A stretch of DNA of 64,000 nucleotides, taken from contig CM120640.1 in NCBI GenBank assembly GCA_051362555.1, forward strand, positions 24,104,225-24,168,224. Direction: 5' to 3'. Source of the stretch: Lingula anatina (taxonomy: Eukaryota > Animalia > Brachiopoda). The notes beneath the pieces are model-generated. The model was not told the origin of the DNA and made no database searches. It saw only the letters and a list, made by a program, of their open reading frames with translations. How positions within the stretch are numbered: the first letter of the stretch is position 1; every line of letters starts with the position of its first letter. Below, one piece after another: positions 1 through 13,484 of the stretch. Both the position numbers and the translations under genes were made by a program.

Positions 1-2869
1 CCCCAACCTAGTTTCCTGCGCTTTTTTGGGGAAATAAGTGGAAAAGGGATCAGTTTATTGAAAGAGACAAACCCTCATTGATTGTTGGTACTTATGTTGT
101 TTGTTTTTCTGCTTGGCTGGTTTAGTTGTAAACATCTGTGTGTGCCTACCTTTGGTGAAGTGTGGGGCAGTGGCAGAGGACCCTGGGAACTTGAGGGACA
201 GGCCTCAGGGGCTTAGTACACACCTCTCTGTTTGATCATGTGACTATTTGTTTAGAAAAACTTGTCCTAGAAATAAGTGAATGGGATAAATCTCCAAAAA
301 GGAAACAGAAAAAGAGTCAGGAGAGAAGAAAAGGTCAAGTTGGGGTCATAATTTTGGCAATCATCCACTCTTTTTGAAAGGAAATATTGAAGTCCCCAGA
401 TCTCAGTTCATCTAAAGAAAATACAGTGTGAGGTGGATCAATAGAAACCTCGAACAAGGGTGGGGAGGGTTTTTATGTTAAATACTGGATAGTTGGTGGT
501 TTATGTAAACTTAGGAGAACCTTGCAAATATTACCTGCCTATTTTGATCTAGGGACTTTTCCTGATTTCATGTTTTGAGATCTTTTAACAATGCTCTGTG
601 TGCACCTGTGTCCAAAAGAAAGGTCATATAGCAGAGGGTTAGATGAACATTTATCTGGATTGTTCCTTATCATCACGGTGCATAGTATTAGGTGAAATGA
701 GCATACTGAATACTAGGCTATCTAGTCAATTTGATGAGAGCTGTGGAATTCCGATTGTTCTTTGAGTAGGGTTTAGATATGGATTCCAGCCTGTCCTAGC
801 TGGACTAGACGTAGATGTGTGGTTTTGGAGATAATAAGACCGCATTCCTTAAAATATAGTGACCCCCCTAACTCTTGCTAAGGAGGTGATGGTGGCAGTC
901 ATTGTTGAAACCACAAAAAGTTTTATGACTCTCATTCTGTCTGGCAATTTTGCAGTGGGGATCATACATTCAAAGCCCAAAAATATTTTTTGAGACTTAA
1001 TGCAAAATCAAGTGAGATTTTGCAGGTTTTGAGAAGAGTGGAATCAGAAAAAATGACAAACTAGCAAATGTAATTAAAAGCTGGCAGAGTTAATCCACGG
1101 ACATTTTTTTGGGTTTTTTTTCTCTTAATTTCTGTCATAGTACAGTGTGTTTTGAGTGTCACTGAAGGTTCTCATCTTTTCTAGTTTCTTATGATGTAAC
1201 ACAGTGCCGTCAGCCACATTTTAGGATATCATGGATGGTCCCAATTACCCAGTATTTTCAATATTAAGTGGAAAAAATAACAGAAATATATATTTTTGCA
1301 TTGTCAAATAAATGTATCTTCCTTGTTGTGGCATATTTATGTGCTGGGGTGCTGATTTGTTTCTTTAAAGAACCTTGTATATCCCCTTTTTAATAAGCCA
1401 TGGTAAAGAAAAACATACATTTGATTGACAGCCGTCAGCTGGTGTAGAGGTTTTTATATGCAGCCCCTGGATAGCGTCATCTCATCAGCTCAGTGAGCCC
1501 AGGGCCGAGGTGGAATAAGAGAAACCATGTGCAAGCCATCAGGCCCTATCAGTTGTGGCATATGACTGGACCAGATTGAATTGCAGAGCTTTGGCTACTG
1601 TGTCCACAGCAATCCACCCCTTCACAAATAAATCAGAAATTGGATTTCATACAGCTCAAACTGGGTGAACATAATGAGAGGATGGCTGGACGGCTCTGAC
1701 CATATATGGTGGGGGCTATTAGTATTTGGAGACAGTGTATCATCTGAGGGTTGAATAATTCACCCTGTACTTTTACTCTCTTGTAACTGGCCTGGTAGGG
1801 CATCTAAGGACAAATGTAGCTTTAAATCATTTTAGTAACCTGAGATTTTGCTTAATAAAAAAGAGGGTCATGCATTGTTGAATGCTTTCATGGCTGCTAT
1901 TTTCTTTTCTACTAATGCAATTTCAGTTAAGAGATGGTCACATGAGTAGCTGGTTTCAGTTATCCACACTGTTAACCCAAGTAAATGGTTGACTATTGCC
2001 TCTTTGTAGCTATCAATTGAAAGAAAACCTTCCCTTCTGAGGTTAAGGTCTTTTTCTATGCACTGTCACAGTATCAACATTGAATGGCATGCATCTGAAT
2101 ATATTTGGATTTTTAAGAGAGTATTGATTTCATCTTTGTACCCAAAGAGACACTTTGAACGGAACAGCAGCCACCAAAATCACAATTAATGACATAACTG
2201 ACAATTATGTTCCCTTTTGTTTTAAATCTGCACCTGGCACGGATGAATAAAAATGTCAATAAACCCATCAGTAACAGTGGGGCATACATGACCAAGTTTC
2301 TCAGGAAGTTCTTGTAAATAGGAGGACAATTAATACTGACGCTAGTTAATGTCTTAATGAGTGTTACAACATAGCTGCAAGCTTACACAGCCATGGCTTT
2401 GGTAGGGGACTTCTCTATAAAAATGATTTCCGTTAAGTATTAAAAAACAATGAAGGTGCGTGCAAGTTGTGAGGCAGTGCTGCCAGGCTATCTAGAGGTT
2501 GATTAGAGTTGACATTTTGGGCTCCTCAGGTTGCCACTTCACTGTAGCTAAGGTTGTATTTTGCTCATTGTTGTTATAATTTTGGACATCACTGAATGAG
2601 TGCCCTTCCCAAGGGCTGGAACAGTTGTAGAGTGGAATGTGTCAATATTTAAAGTTGTTGATAAGCACTGATGCCTCTTTGCCATACATAAACTTAAATT
2701 GACATTTGAAAGAAAATTCTCTCCTCGAAATTCCTGAAATTTGACAGTTTCAGGATCAGGAGAGCTATTAACTGGAATTACTAATTTTACTTTGAAATAT
2801 TGTTTATTACATGTTCATTCAACAATAAGCAACAATGGTGTAAACTTCCACTTTTTTCCTCTTTTCCAG

Positions 2870-2995
2870 ACTCCATCCTGTAACCATGGTAATGGAGTTA
2901 CCCACAATGCACAAGAGCCTGCCAGTGCCAGCAGTAATCCATCAAGTTTGATTGCCTTGGGGCTAGGAGGCAGGAGAACTTTACCTGCTGCATGA
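2870..2995 (+). CDS. Probable terminal coding exon of an unidentified plus-strand gene that starts left of the window
   Basis: Very strong acceptor cttccacttttttcctcttttccag|; phase-0 reading TPSCNHGNGVTHNAQEPASASSNPSSLIALGLGGRRTLPAA*; followed by UTR-like sequence; reading frame inferred. Confidence 0.55.
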   Translation, partial: TPSCNHGNGVTHNAQEPASASSNPSSLIALGLGGRRTLPAA

Positions 2996-4829
2996 AATGC
3001 TATCCCACTTCCTACACTCCTTAAAAGGAGTGGTGGAGAGTGGCAGACATTTTGTGAAGGGACCAAGACAAACAGTTCCCACCTGTGATGAAGTGAGGCC
3101 CAAGCAAATTAGTTCCATCCCCGATTTGATTAGAAGGGAAGGTAGAGAGAGGAGAACTCTGGCTGCCTGATGTTTTGTGTAGAAACTTGAGCAGGTTCTG
3201 CAAGCCAAACATGGCATCAGGTGGACTCAAAAATAGACACAGACAAATTGAGAGTTGGTTTTAATAGACAGCATGAATGAACTTTGAAAATGTTGAACAG
3301 CTGTAAAGTGGAGAGATCTCTGATGCATGCTGTTCACTCACCTAGGCTTACTTCATTCAGATTATGTTACTCAAGGCAAAACAACTGCACACTCTCCGAG
3401 GCCCTTGGTTTGTGTGGAAAACTTTATCTGCTGTCATCAGTGCAATGGCACGCATTTTTGATCTCATTTTGTATAGTTTATCTTATTATTCTTATTCAGA
3501 TTATTATTATTATGTAACTGAAGACAAAGCTCTGGAGCAAGGATTGCTGTTAGGGTTGAAAGTGTATTTTTCATTATCGAGTTAATTTATACCTTGAAGT
3601 CAAATTGAGTTGAAAAATATCAAAATTCAATTGTGAAATGCCCAGTTGTCCAGCTATCTGGTCAAGAGATAAGATCCACAGTTGAATACTTCATTCACTG
3701 TTTAATTAAATTGTCTTGGAGGTTGTAATCATAGAAGGCAGGTAAAATGACCAGATGGTTCTCTTGACCACCAAGTGACACTTGTGGTCAAGTGGGACAG
3801 GACACTTGAGAATAGAGAGAAAGAAAGCAATAGGGGTTGGTGCAATGGCCACTATAATACTTGGGCCTGATAAGTGGTAGTTTGTTTGTTAGTTACCAGT
3901 TATCCCACCAGTGTGTGGTGGGCTGAAAATCACCTTTTCTAAGATCTCGTAGTTAGTCAAGCTGGATACTTTGTAGCCACATCAAAAAGTGTGGGGCCAG
4001 TTGAAGTTGAATGCGCAAACTAATGGTATCTGGAGGTGCAAAGCTGGAGTGCTTTATATTCCAGAGTGGTTTTCTTGTTTAGAGGAGGGAAGAGGCTGGG
4101 TTTTTGCTCGGATTTAATACTTTTCAAGCAGGGTCTTTGCATGAAAGCAACATGAAAAGTGGAAATCGGCTTCTTAAACATGACATGTTATTTATGTTGT
4201 ATATGTGTACATAGAACTTGTAACAAAATGTACTTTATGTTTTTTGTAATATTTATTATCTTTTGGTAAATTTTGTAACAAAAAGTCTATATTTATCAGG
4301 TACTGAAATAGTTCACTAAAGGCATTGATCGATTTGACAAAATTAGAAGAAGAATATTAGTTGGATAATGGTTGTGTTATGAAAAAAGTGGATATTTTGT
4401 GTGCACTGTTAAAAATGTGCCAATTCGAGTGGGGAAAAGGTTTAGATGTGCAATAGATTGGTTTAAAGAAAATCTGGCAGCAGAAGTGCATTCTGGGATT
4501 ATAAAAAAAAGTTATGTCAGGGGTTTAATTTGTGGCAATTATTTTTATTTTAAGTAAAACCTGTCAGGGAATTTTTGTTATGGTCAACATATGATAACTC
4601 CACTGATATTTATAGCAATTACAACTTGTTATAATTGTATAACCATAACTTACACTGTTTTACCAACTTTATTTTTGTCTTCATTTATTATCTTTAGTTG
4701 GGCAAAATCATATTGATCTCAATTTATGATGAAAAATCCCTTCTGCTTTGTGTCAGTGCACTGTATATATTTATTTACATGTACCATATACCAATATGAG
4801 TGGTTATTTTCTAACGCCATCATGAACAC

Positions 4830-4835
4830 AATAAA
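4830..4835 (+). terminator. Candidate polyadenylation signal for the plus-strand gene
   Basis: AATAAA at the end of an AU-rich, UGUA-rich tract, with T-rich sequence downstream; CpG depletion ends here. Confidence 0.55.
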
Positions 4836-5417
4836 GTAAATGAATATTTAACATGAAAGTCTTGGATATTTATTTGCCTAAATACAAAACACGAGATAAA
4901 GATGCGTTCTTCCTCGTAGTTTTGGTTATTAATAAACGCTGCTTATTACATTATCTTCCACCCACAGGCAAATCGCAATTTTATCCGCAGCCCAAAACTT
5001 CCTGATGTTTGGTTTAATGATTGGATAGGAAGTCTGCCCTTCGTTCCTAATTTTCAAGATTTAGATACTCCTCTTGTTACGCAACTTAATGCCTTTCAGG
5101 CGCAGGCTTCTGTTTCTAACTATAGAAAGATACATGTAGCGAGAGAAATAAGATAATCCACACAGATTCAATACCTAATTACGGAGAATTCTGTTTTGTT
5201 GCTCCCTTTGTCATAACTGAAGGTCTTTGTCACATCGGCAAGGTAGTATGGCAAGGGCTTACATTACAATCATGAGCTAGCTGTATGAAAATAAGAATGG
5301 AGACCCTGTGCGTATTCAATAAAACAAGGAGCTAAACCGACGACTAGAGCGGCGGTTTCGCGTGTAATAACCGTTCCAAACTTCCTGCTTCATTGATGCT
5401 TATTTTGGATTCTGTCC

Positions 5418-5431
5418 GATGCCTAGGAAAC
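5418..5431. promoter_or_regulatory. RFX X-box-like site in a CpG-rich, promoter-like patch
   Basis: GATGCCTAGGAAAC resembles the X-box GTTRCCATGGYAAC (one mismatch in the left half-site). Confidence 0.3.
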
Positions 5432-8400
5432 CAGCGTTTCAAAGCAAAAAAATCAACACTGATTTTTAAGTTTTCTTATTATCACATTAATTCTAGTATT
5501 AAGCATGGTGACCAATATTCTATTGTTTCTATTTTGTCTGAAATAGTAAAGCTGTAAAAAGTTCATTTACACGACGACGATCAGGAAGTAAGCTATTCGC
5601 TGCACACATATCGATATTTATAACCACAAACCCAGCCACTTTCATGGCTTAATTTGTCGTGCAAATCAGATTATCTTCATGTCAGGATGTAGGCTCTGCC
5701 TCAATGACACCTTTAATTAATCAAACAGAATGAGAGACATGCTTTCATTGAAACTTTTTTTCTGGAATTCGAAGTGCAGACAAAAGACGTCAGTAGAAAG
5801 AAAAAACTGTCTCTAGAACATTTTTCATTTCATACTGAAAAAATAAAACAATTCGTGCAGAAGAATAAAGGAAAGAATGAAAGAAAAAAGAAGAAAGTAC
5901 TTATGGCAGCATGTGCTATTGGTTATGCATTTGGTAAACATCAACTAGTGTTTTACAGCTCATTAGTCTCCTAGGCTGACACTAGTCAAAGGATGGAAGG
6001 AAACACGATTCACCTGTTGTACTATTAACCACGGTATTGTGCAAGAAATATTTGTCATCAGGCGTATTGGGGCCAAAAAGATATCCACCATCTATGTCCA
6101 TGTGATGTATGTAATGCAAAATATACTATAAGCCACTATAAACAAAGCGTACATATGAACAAATACAAAATCAAAATCTTTCAACTAATAATGGGACATT
6201 TTTCTTATGCTTTTTTCAATAAAGCAATGCCCCCAAAAGTGGCAATTGGGCTACGGTTCTTCCACCATTAGTACTGCAGATTTACGGTTTTATCGGTGTT
6301 AAAAATCCAGGTTTGCTGAATTTTTTTTCACTAGGAAATAATGTACAGAAATAAAAGTTTATATCACACAAATAAAAGATTATATCACACGTCACTTTGG
6401 AACCCTACCAGTAAAACGTTAATTTACAGCAGAAAAACATCCCTGACATTGTAATAAAGAGGAAATCAAACCCCCAAGATTAAATCGAGAAATCGTAGTT
6501 GTGGAAAATCAGATTAAGAGAGAGAGAGAGGGGGTTGCTATGCGAGGCAAAGTTTAAAAAACTGTAATAGGATCACAGTCTAGAAAATCAAAAATGTCCC
6601 CTGCTTGCGGAAACGAAAAATGTTCTGATGGAACAAGATTCGACAAGGACAACTTTATGGTCAACAACACGGTGTCAACATGGAATGCCGAAGCATTGTT
6701 CTTTCAGCGAGTAATTATACGCCTTGCTGCTGGCCTGTCTTGGAGGAGGTAGTCTGCTTCAACGGCTCCTTTCCATCCACCCAGGAGCCGGCAGCTGGCG
6801 TATGTCAGAGAAAGAGGGAGAAAGAGAGAGATCATTAAAATATGTTGCCACGACATGTTGCAGATATATGTGTTTTCATATACATATGTACGTTTTATAC
6901 AGGTTTCGTTTTAACAAAATAAACGAATTTGATGTTCTTGTAGTAACGATCTTTGAAAATGTTGTATTCGATCAAGTGGTTTCATTTATACGGCACCTTT
7001 GTTCGCTCATTTTAATTCCAAAAAGAAAAAATGGCGGTGTTACATGCACTTATATGAAACTTCTATCCCAAAGACATCGCGCTGCTCAGATTCTGTATCT
7101 GTGTCATGACAATCAAAAGTATTTTTAATTCAGCTTCTTATTCCATTTTTTCTCTTTAAATTGCCTTATTTTATGAGAATAGGGTGCCACCCCCCACTTT
7201 CTGTCATGATACTTTTTACGTCGCCAAGTAATGGGAAGGTGGTTTATGTCAATGTCAGTCTCGTCTGTCTGGTATGATGGCGCCAATCTCTTAAAAACAA
7301 GTACAAGAAAACCCCAGCTAAGAGTCCCCTTCAAGATTTGGTCAGTGGCTCTGTTCAAGCTCGGTTAGACTAATAAAACATGACATTAGGCGCGTGCTCA
7401 GTACAATTCTCTCTGCAGGCCGAAAATTAAATCGTTTTACAATTCCTAACCTAAATAAGCATATTCTTACGATAGTAGTGCGTACTTAACCCAACGTCAC
7501 GCTACAACAAACTTCTTACTCGACACTTTAACTTCAAAAATCCTGAAGACATTTTCAATTCCTTCCAATTTTTGTCAGAAAAAAAACAGAATAATTATTC
7601 AAAAAACAACAGATATGTTTTTTTAAGCAGAGCCTAGAGATGATTAAACTTTAAAAACGAATCAAAAGTCTAAATTATCGCTCCACCTGCTTAATTTCCG
7701 TATTAAAGAAATCCATTGCTGTAGGAGACCGATCTTCATATATTTTGCATGTATTTAATCACGGCTGATCAGCTGTCAGGGTCCGTATTCATTCCCCGTG
7801 CCAGCGTGGTATAGCGTGTGGAAGAGGTGCTAGAGGTGAGAGCTCGAAGGCGCAACTTGACATGAAATCGACCTAAACAACTCTTGTACAAGTGGCAGGG
7901 GGCGACTTGTGGAATTTTATGGCCGCCGCACAGCTGGTTAAAAGAGCGTTCTCTCTTGGAGCTCAGATTAGAGATTGTCATTTATTACGATGTAATAATG
8001 TACAAGATGCTTGAAATCTAAAGACGCTAAATACTTGTGAGCACGTGATTATAGCAGAGACACACGAAAGCGCTCCTGTTACCTTTGCTGCTTCTGATGA
8101 GCTAGCATCACGTACTATAACAATACCTCAGTTCTCCGCTGAATAAACACATTTAAACTAGTTCATTTCTTCTGTGAATGCAAGCAATAAAGGGTGACGA
8201 ACTAAATGGCATGAAATCACCATCACATGGGGTTTTATGTGAGAAAGGTGGGTAACAAATTTTCCTGAATGAGATGATAAGATGCAGAAAATGCTCTATT
8301 CAAACCCGTGTAAACATAGTTCATACAGTGATACTGATCTTCAAACGAACGGGCTGGTTATTTTGTGGGGACCGGGTGATTAATAGTCATCCGATACTGC

Positions 8401-9723
8401 TCGGGTTGGGAATCTGAAATGATTTAAAGGAAATAAATTTAGTCACCATTGTCCTGTCTTTTTGTAACGTTTATTTTTCTTTCAAGATCTTTTCGCAACC
8501 ACCCTCAATTATACTTGATATAGTTACACCATGGAAATATAGCGTGGATATACGATATACTTACATGGTTACACTTATGATTAGTGTAATTTGACTTTTG
8601 AAAAAATCTAACTCACGTCGATGTGTTTGAAGACTAGGACTCACCCAGTGTCACCTGGATCCTAGATTACGAGGACGGATTCGGTGTATTAGTAAGACAG
8701 GATGAAGGGATGATGTTAAATTACCAATATTAGTTGCTTTTGAAAGATTTTGGCGCCTTGTAGTGATATTTTGTGACTTTATCAAGGTTTCTCCAAGTAT
8801 AGCCTCGTTGACTAAATACTTACAGATAAGAAACTGTTATGGCCTTTGATTGAACTCTTATGTGGTGTTTAAACAATGATTTTCGATTCGAAAATCTGTT
8901 ATTAAGGATATTATTAACTAGCGAACTAACGATAAAGTACTTGAGTCGGTACTAAATGTGCAGAGAGAGAGAGAGAGAAAACTGATTTAAGTGAAACCCT
9001 GACATTTAAGAAGTTTGAATCTAGATTTTCGTGAAAATGAAAAAACAACAAACACAAGAACATCAACGGAACATCTCTTATCGAGTACATGTAGTGCCTA
9101 CAGCCAGTCGTTGAAGGCGGTCATCCCCAAGTGGACATGGCAGATGTTTGTCCTCCAGTCAAAATCCTTATAAATAAAGCCATTAATGAAACCCCTGCAA
9201 ATACTTCCCACTGTCTTTTTAGTAGCTGAAATGGAGATGATCATTAATTTGCAATTAAGTCTATCCCCTAGGAAGCCTAAGGTAAAGTCAGGTGATTTGA
9301 TTCTTGTCACTAAAAGAAAAACTGGAATAGAAGATGCCCAAAGTGAACTGGTAAAATGTTCATAGTTACGTCGATTTTTTGCATTAAAAAATACGAGAAA
9401 AATTACAAGTGCATTATTTGTTTCAATACAGCTTTCTCCCTGTACGTTTTGAATCCCCTTTGTGCCAATACCACGAGTTACTGATTGTTTAGGTAGGGCT
9501 ATACCCGTCGCTATAGGTCTTTCGCCACTGTTTATCGAAAACTGGGCATAACCTGTGAAAATATGTGCTAATTTGGTTGAAAATGTAAATTATTATGACA
9601 ACCTTCGCGCCTTGGCAGCTCGTGCGATGACAGATCGCATGGGTGGAGAAAAAAATGGACAAGCTGCCACCGCGCCTGCCAGTATTGTAACAAAGGGGGA
9701 AAATATCATTTTCTTAAAGTCCC

Positions 9724-9724
<1 letters not shown>

Positions 9725-9763
<39 letters not shown>
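9725..9763. repeat. Poly-T run (similar poly-A runs near 40914-40950, 46004-46030, 47251-47289)
   Basis: Read directly. Confidence 0.9.
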
Positions 9764-12700
9764 CAGCCATTGATTTCTTTTATCATATAGTTTATAAATA
9801 ATAGTTGTTCCTTTGTTGACGAATAATTACAAATAAGAAAAGGTCCACCAGGTAAAATTAACCATACTATAAACTTCCTTGCATTTATTTTAGAATGTGG
9901 AAAACAAACACGTGCTTTGACAGAGCAGCACTTTGTTATTGAGACATTTAAAGGGACACTCAAGTCTAATACGTTTTTCGATAGGAATTGATAGAATAAC
10001 AGAAACCAAATTTTGGAGTCAAGCACGTCACAAGATAGGGAGTAGCAATAGTGGGTAGCGATACGTGTATTTTTTTAAGAAACCCTCTTCATTCACATTC
10101 TTCCCAGTCAATTCCAGTCTGGATATATCTCAATGTACCTGATAACTTGGTATAAAAAGCGTGTTGCACGTCTAACACGCCACAAGATTCCTTTGATTTT
10201 GAATTTTTATCGCGTGCATGAAGATTTTGACACGCAACGGTTTGTTTTACATTTTCCCCTAAACTCAACACTTTGGGTAACAGATGAGACAGCGGTTTAT
10301 TATTTCTGAGAAACAAGAACTTCTTAAATTTTTCTGAGAGTGCAGAAAATAGCACATTAGAAGAGATAAATCCAGGCCCAGATGTACTATAGAAGTAAAA
10401 GTAACTGTATTTCCTTGACCAATTTTCCCTTCCATCATGTATGTGGCAACACTGATAAAATGATGATCCTAAAATAATTTAAGGACCAGAGGAAAAGTTA
10501 ATTTTCAAGATCAATCACCAGAGACCATAACAGAAACTAGATTTGCTTCTGCTCGCAAAGATGAAATGCACCCGCGGGACACGGTAGATCAGGAAAATCT
10601 TCGCGCTTACTTGACATTTCCCACGTCTGAGGTGAAGATATGCTATGAATCAAAGCGTTCACATTGTGCAATATGCGAAGATGATGAGCGAGAAATCTCC
10701 CTGGCATTAATCAAACCCTGAAAACATCCAAATTTTTCATCACGCCGGGCAACAGCTGCGGGAAATTATGCAAGGCTGTTACGTCATTCCTAAAATACAA
10801 GGCTACTGCTGATATCCAGGACAGAACTTTCTCCTTGATTCAATTATAAATTGAAGAAATTGCACGTCTGTTTCAGAAATGCTGACATTTACCTTGTGCA
10901 ATTGTGATTTAAATTGGACACGTGGAGGGTTCGGATGGAGTTGTCTGTCAAACCAAAGTTGTGATCTATGATCACTTCAACCATCTTGAGACCCTTTCAG
11001 AAATTGAAAATCGATGTTATTGCGATGATCTTTTTAAATAGATATATTTGGATGTAATGCCTTCGTCTCTCTCCTTTCCCTTATTCATTTTCAAACACAA
11101 TATATGATGTCACTTTGAAGACAACGTTTACACTGTATCATTGGGTTAAACTATTTTCAGGTTAATATCCCTCACCCCTCAACTCCCACCCCCATCTCCA
11201 TTTTTACCAAAATTTTGGGCATCGTTTTTGTGGCGCTAATTAAATAACTTCAATTGCAATAAACGAAGCTCATTTACTCTAATATATCATCTTTTTTAAG
11301 CGAAGAAAACCCCCTGCTCTTTCACCTGTCCCACTTAACCTTCAGAGAGACTGGCAATGTTGTAAAAGATAAAGGTAAGACAACTGGCCGACGTAAGCCA
11401 TCTGTTAGATTTCAAATATTGTGATATCTTTTGTGTGATGTTAAAAAAACAGTCGTAGAGGCTAGGAATCTTAAGTGTTCCACTTTGGTTTGAACGGTCA
11501 CTCTGAAGAGGCATTTTTTAGTCCATCGAATTGACGTATGGGCAGCCACGTTTATTTAGAAAATTTAAAGATAGGCCATATGGAAATAGTATCGAACAAT
11601 GGAACTTTGGAGCTAATTAAAGCTAGGATAGAAGATTTTGGGTCCGAGGTTAAAGCAGATGAAATATAAACACCAACAAAACGACATTCTATTGTGTCGT
11701 TCATGGCAAAAGGCATATCATGATATATATATGTGTAGTAGGATTAGTAATTAAGTCGCCCTATATTTAATACCAACTTAAAAGGCCGTTGAAGCACTTC
11801 ATTATTTCCTAAGTGAAATTAATGGGAGAAAATGAGTATTAAACTCTCTTTCGAAGTCTTGTCAAATTGGCTCGCACCATCACGTGGTCTTCCATTAAGC
11901 TGACGTTAAAATAATCGTGGGTGTTGTCAATATTTGCCGACAACAAAGTTGAATCCATCTAGTCACACCCTCATTAATTTAAAGAACCGGTCGAAAGTAA
12001 TAGACGGCCCTAGACGAAATTTCCAACAAACGCCCATCAACGGAATTGACAGTTAAGTTACCTAGAAATCAATTTGGTCCTCTTTTCAAAGATATCTTTC
12101 TTACATTTTGAAGGATTTCTTATGATAGAGAAAATTCATTATTTCCTTCATCGTAATTTTGCCATTGCCCGGAGTGAACCGGACACTGGTGTCACGATCA
12201 AAGACCCTTTCAACCCTCAAGACATGTTTTAATTTCTCTGGTGTCAGTATCTTTGATTGCAGTGACGTAAATACATGCTTTTATAGGCTTGTACGGAAAC
12301 CTTGTGTATGATGGGTCCAAACAGAAACAAAAAATATTTTAACCATTAATTTTCGGAATCAAAGAATCCCTTAACTTGAGTTATTATCCTTAATCGTTAT
12401 AATAAACCCCAAAGCAATACTTCAATATCTTAAAATGCCACAAAGAATTTACACATTGTTAAAAAGTTATGAGAAGTGAGAGAGAGAACGTTTTTGTAGT
12501 TGAGATTTTCTTCGGTCATGTGGTCTCACTTTCTACTCTGATCACGTCTGCTGTGTTCGGACATAAAGATCGCCCGGACATAAAACTAAGCCTGTTTCAT
12601 GTTTGGCAGGTTTATGACCAGTTTTATTGGCATGAGAATAGGTCTCGTTATTTATATATGCCTGTTGCTCACATTACTTGAAATTGAAAAAAAATGCGAT

Positions 12701-13374
12701 TAATTTGTTTAAAAACGCCCAATATTATTTTTGTTTTGAGGTTTTTTACTCTGTTACATTGTAATACCCACCTTTAATAATTACATGCTTCAAGTCGATG
12801 ATGATAATGCGTTACACAGTCCATAGTTTGCTTGTTACAAGACACATTCCCATGCTCAGCATAATATAAAAGATGCTTTTTTCTTTCTCTGTGTAAATAC
12901 CCGGTATACAGGGATACACTATGGCTACTCCTGGGTTAGCCATAATTCATATTATTATCAAACCGAACAAATACATTTATGTCTATCTTGAAGAGATTTG
13001 TCAAAATGAATAGTGTAATGAGACACCTCTGCCCTCTCTTTAGTAAAAATTGCTCTTTTTTTTGTGTGTGTAGCTGAAGATCACTTCATCAGTTTAGGGA
13101 GAGCGTGCCATTATTTTTCAAGTGAGAACAACATGATGTAATCATTAACGGATAGAATTTCAAACAACGAACTGTTGTCGGATATAAGTTAAGTAGGTAT
13201 ATTTACATTTTAAACCACGAAAGATTCTTTATGTTTTGAAAAATTAATTACAAAAACATCATCATCATAAGTATAGTGCAATAGTCACGTGTACAGATGG
13301 CGTGTCAAATAAAATGATTGGATTGAACGATCCACATATTTTTATAGTGACAACGGTTATTCTGCCGGTGTCAA

Positions 13375-13484
13375 CATTCCCATAGCGTGTCTATGTCTCA
13401 CAAAATTGTGACCAAAATAAGAGAACCCAGCAAGACTTCCCATCTTTAATTACCAATACTACGATAAGCTATATGGGAATGGGG
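13375..13484. mobile_element. Short MITE remnant
   Basis: CATTCCCATA...TATGGGAATGGGG inverted ends, like those of the 63729 element. Confidence 0.4.
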
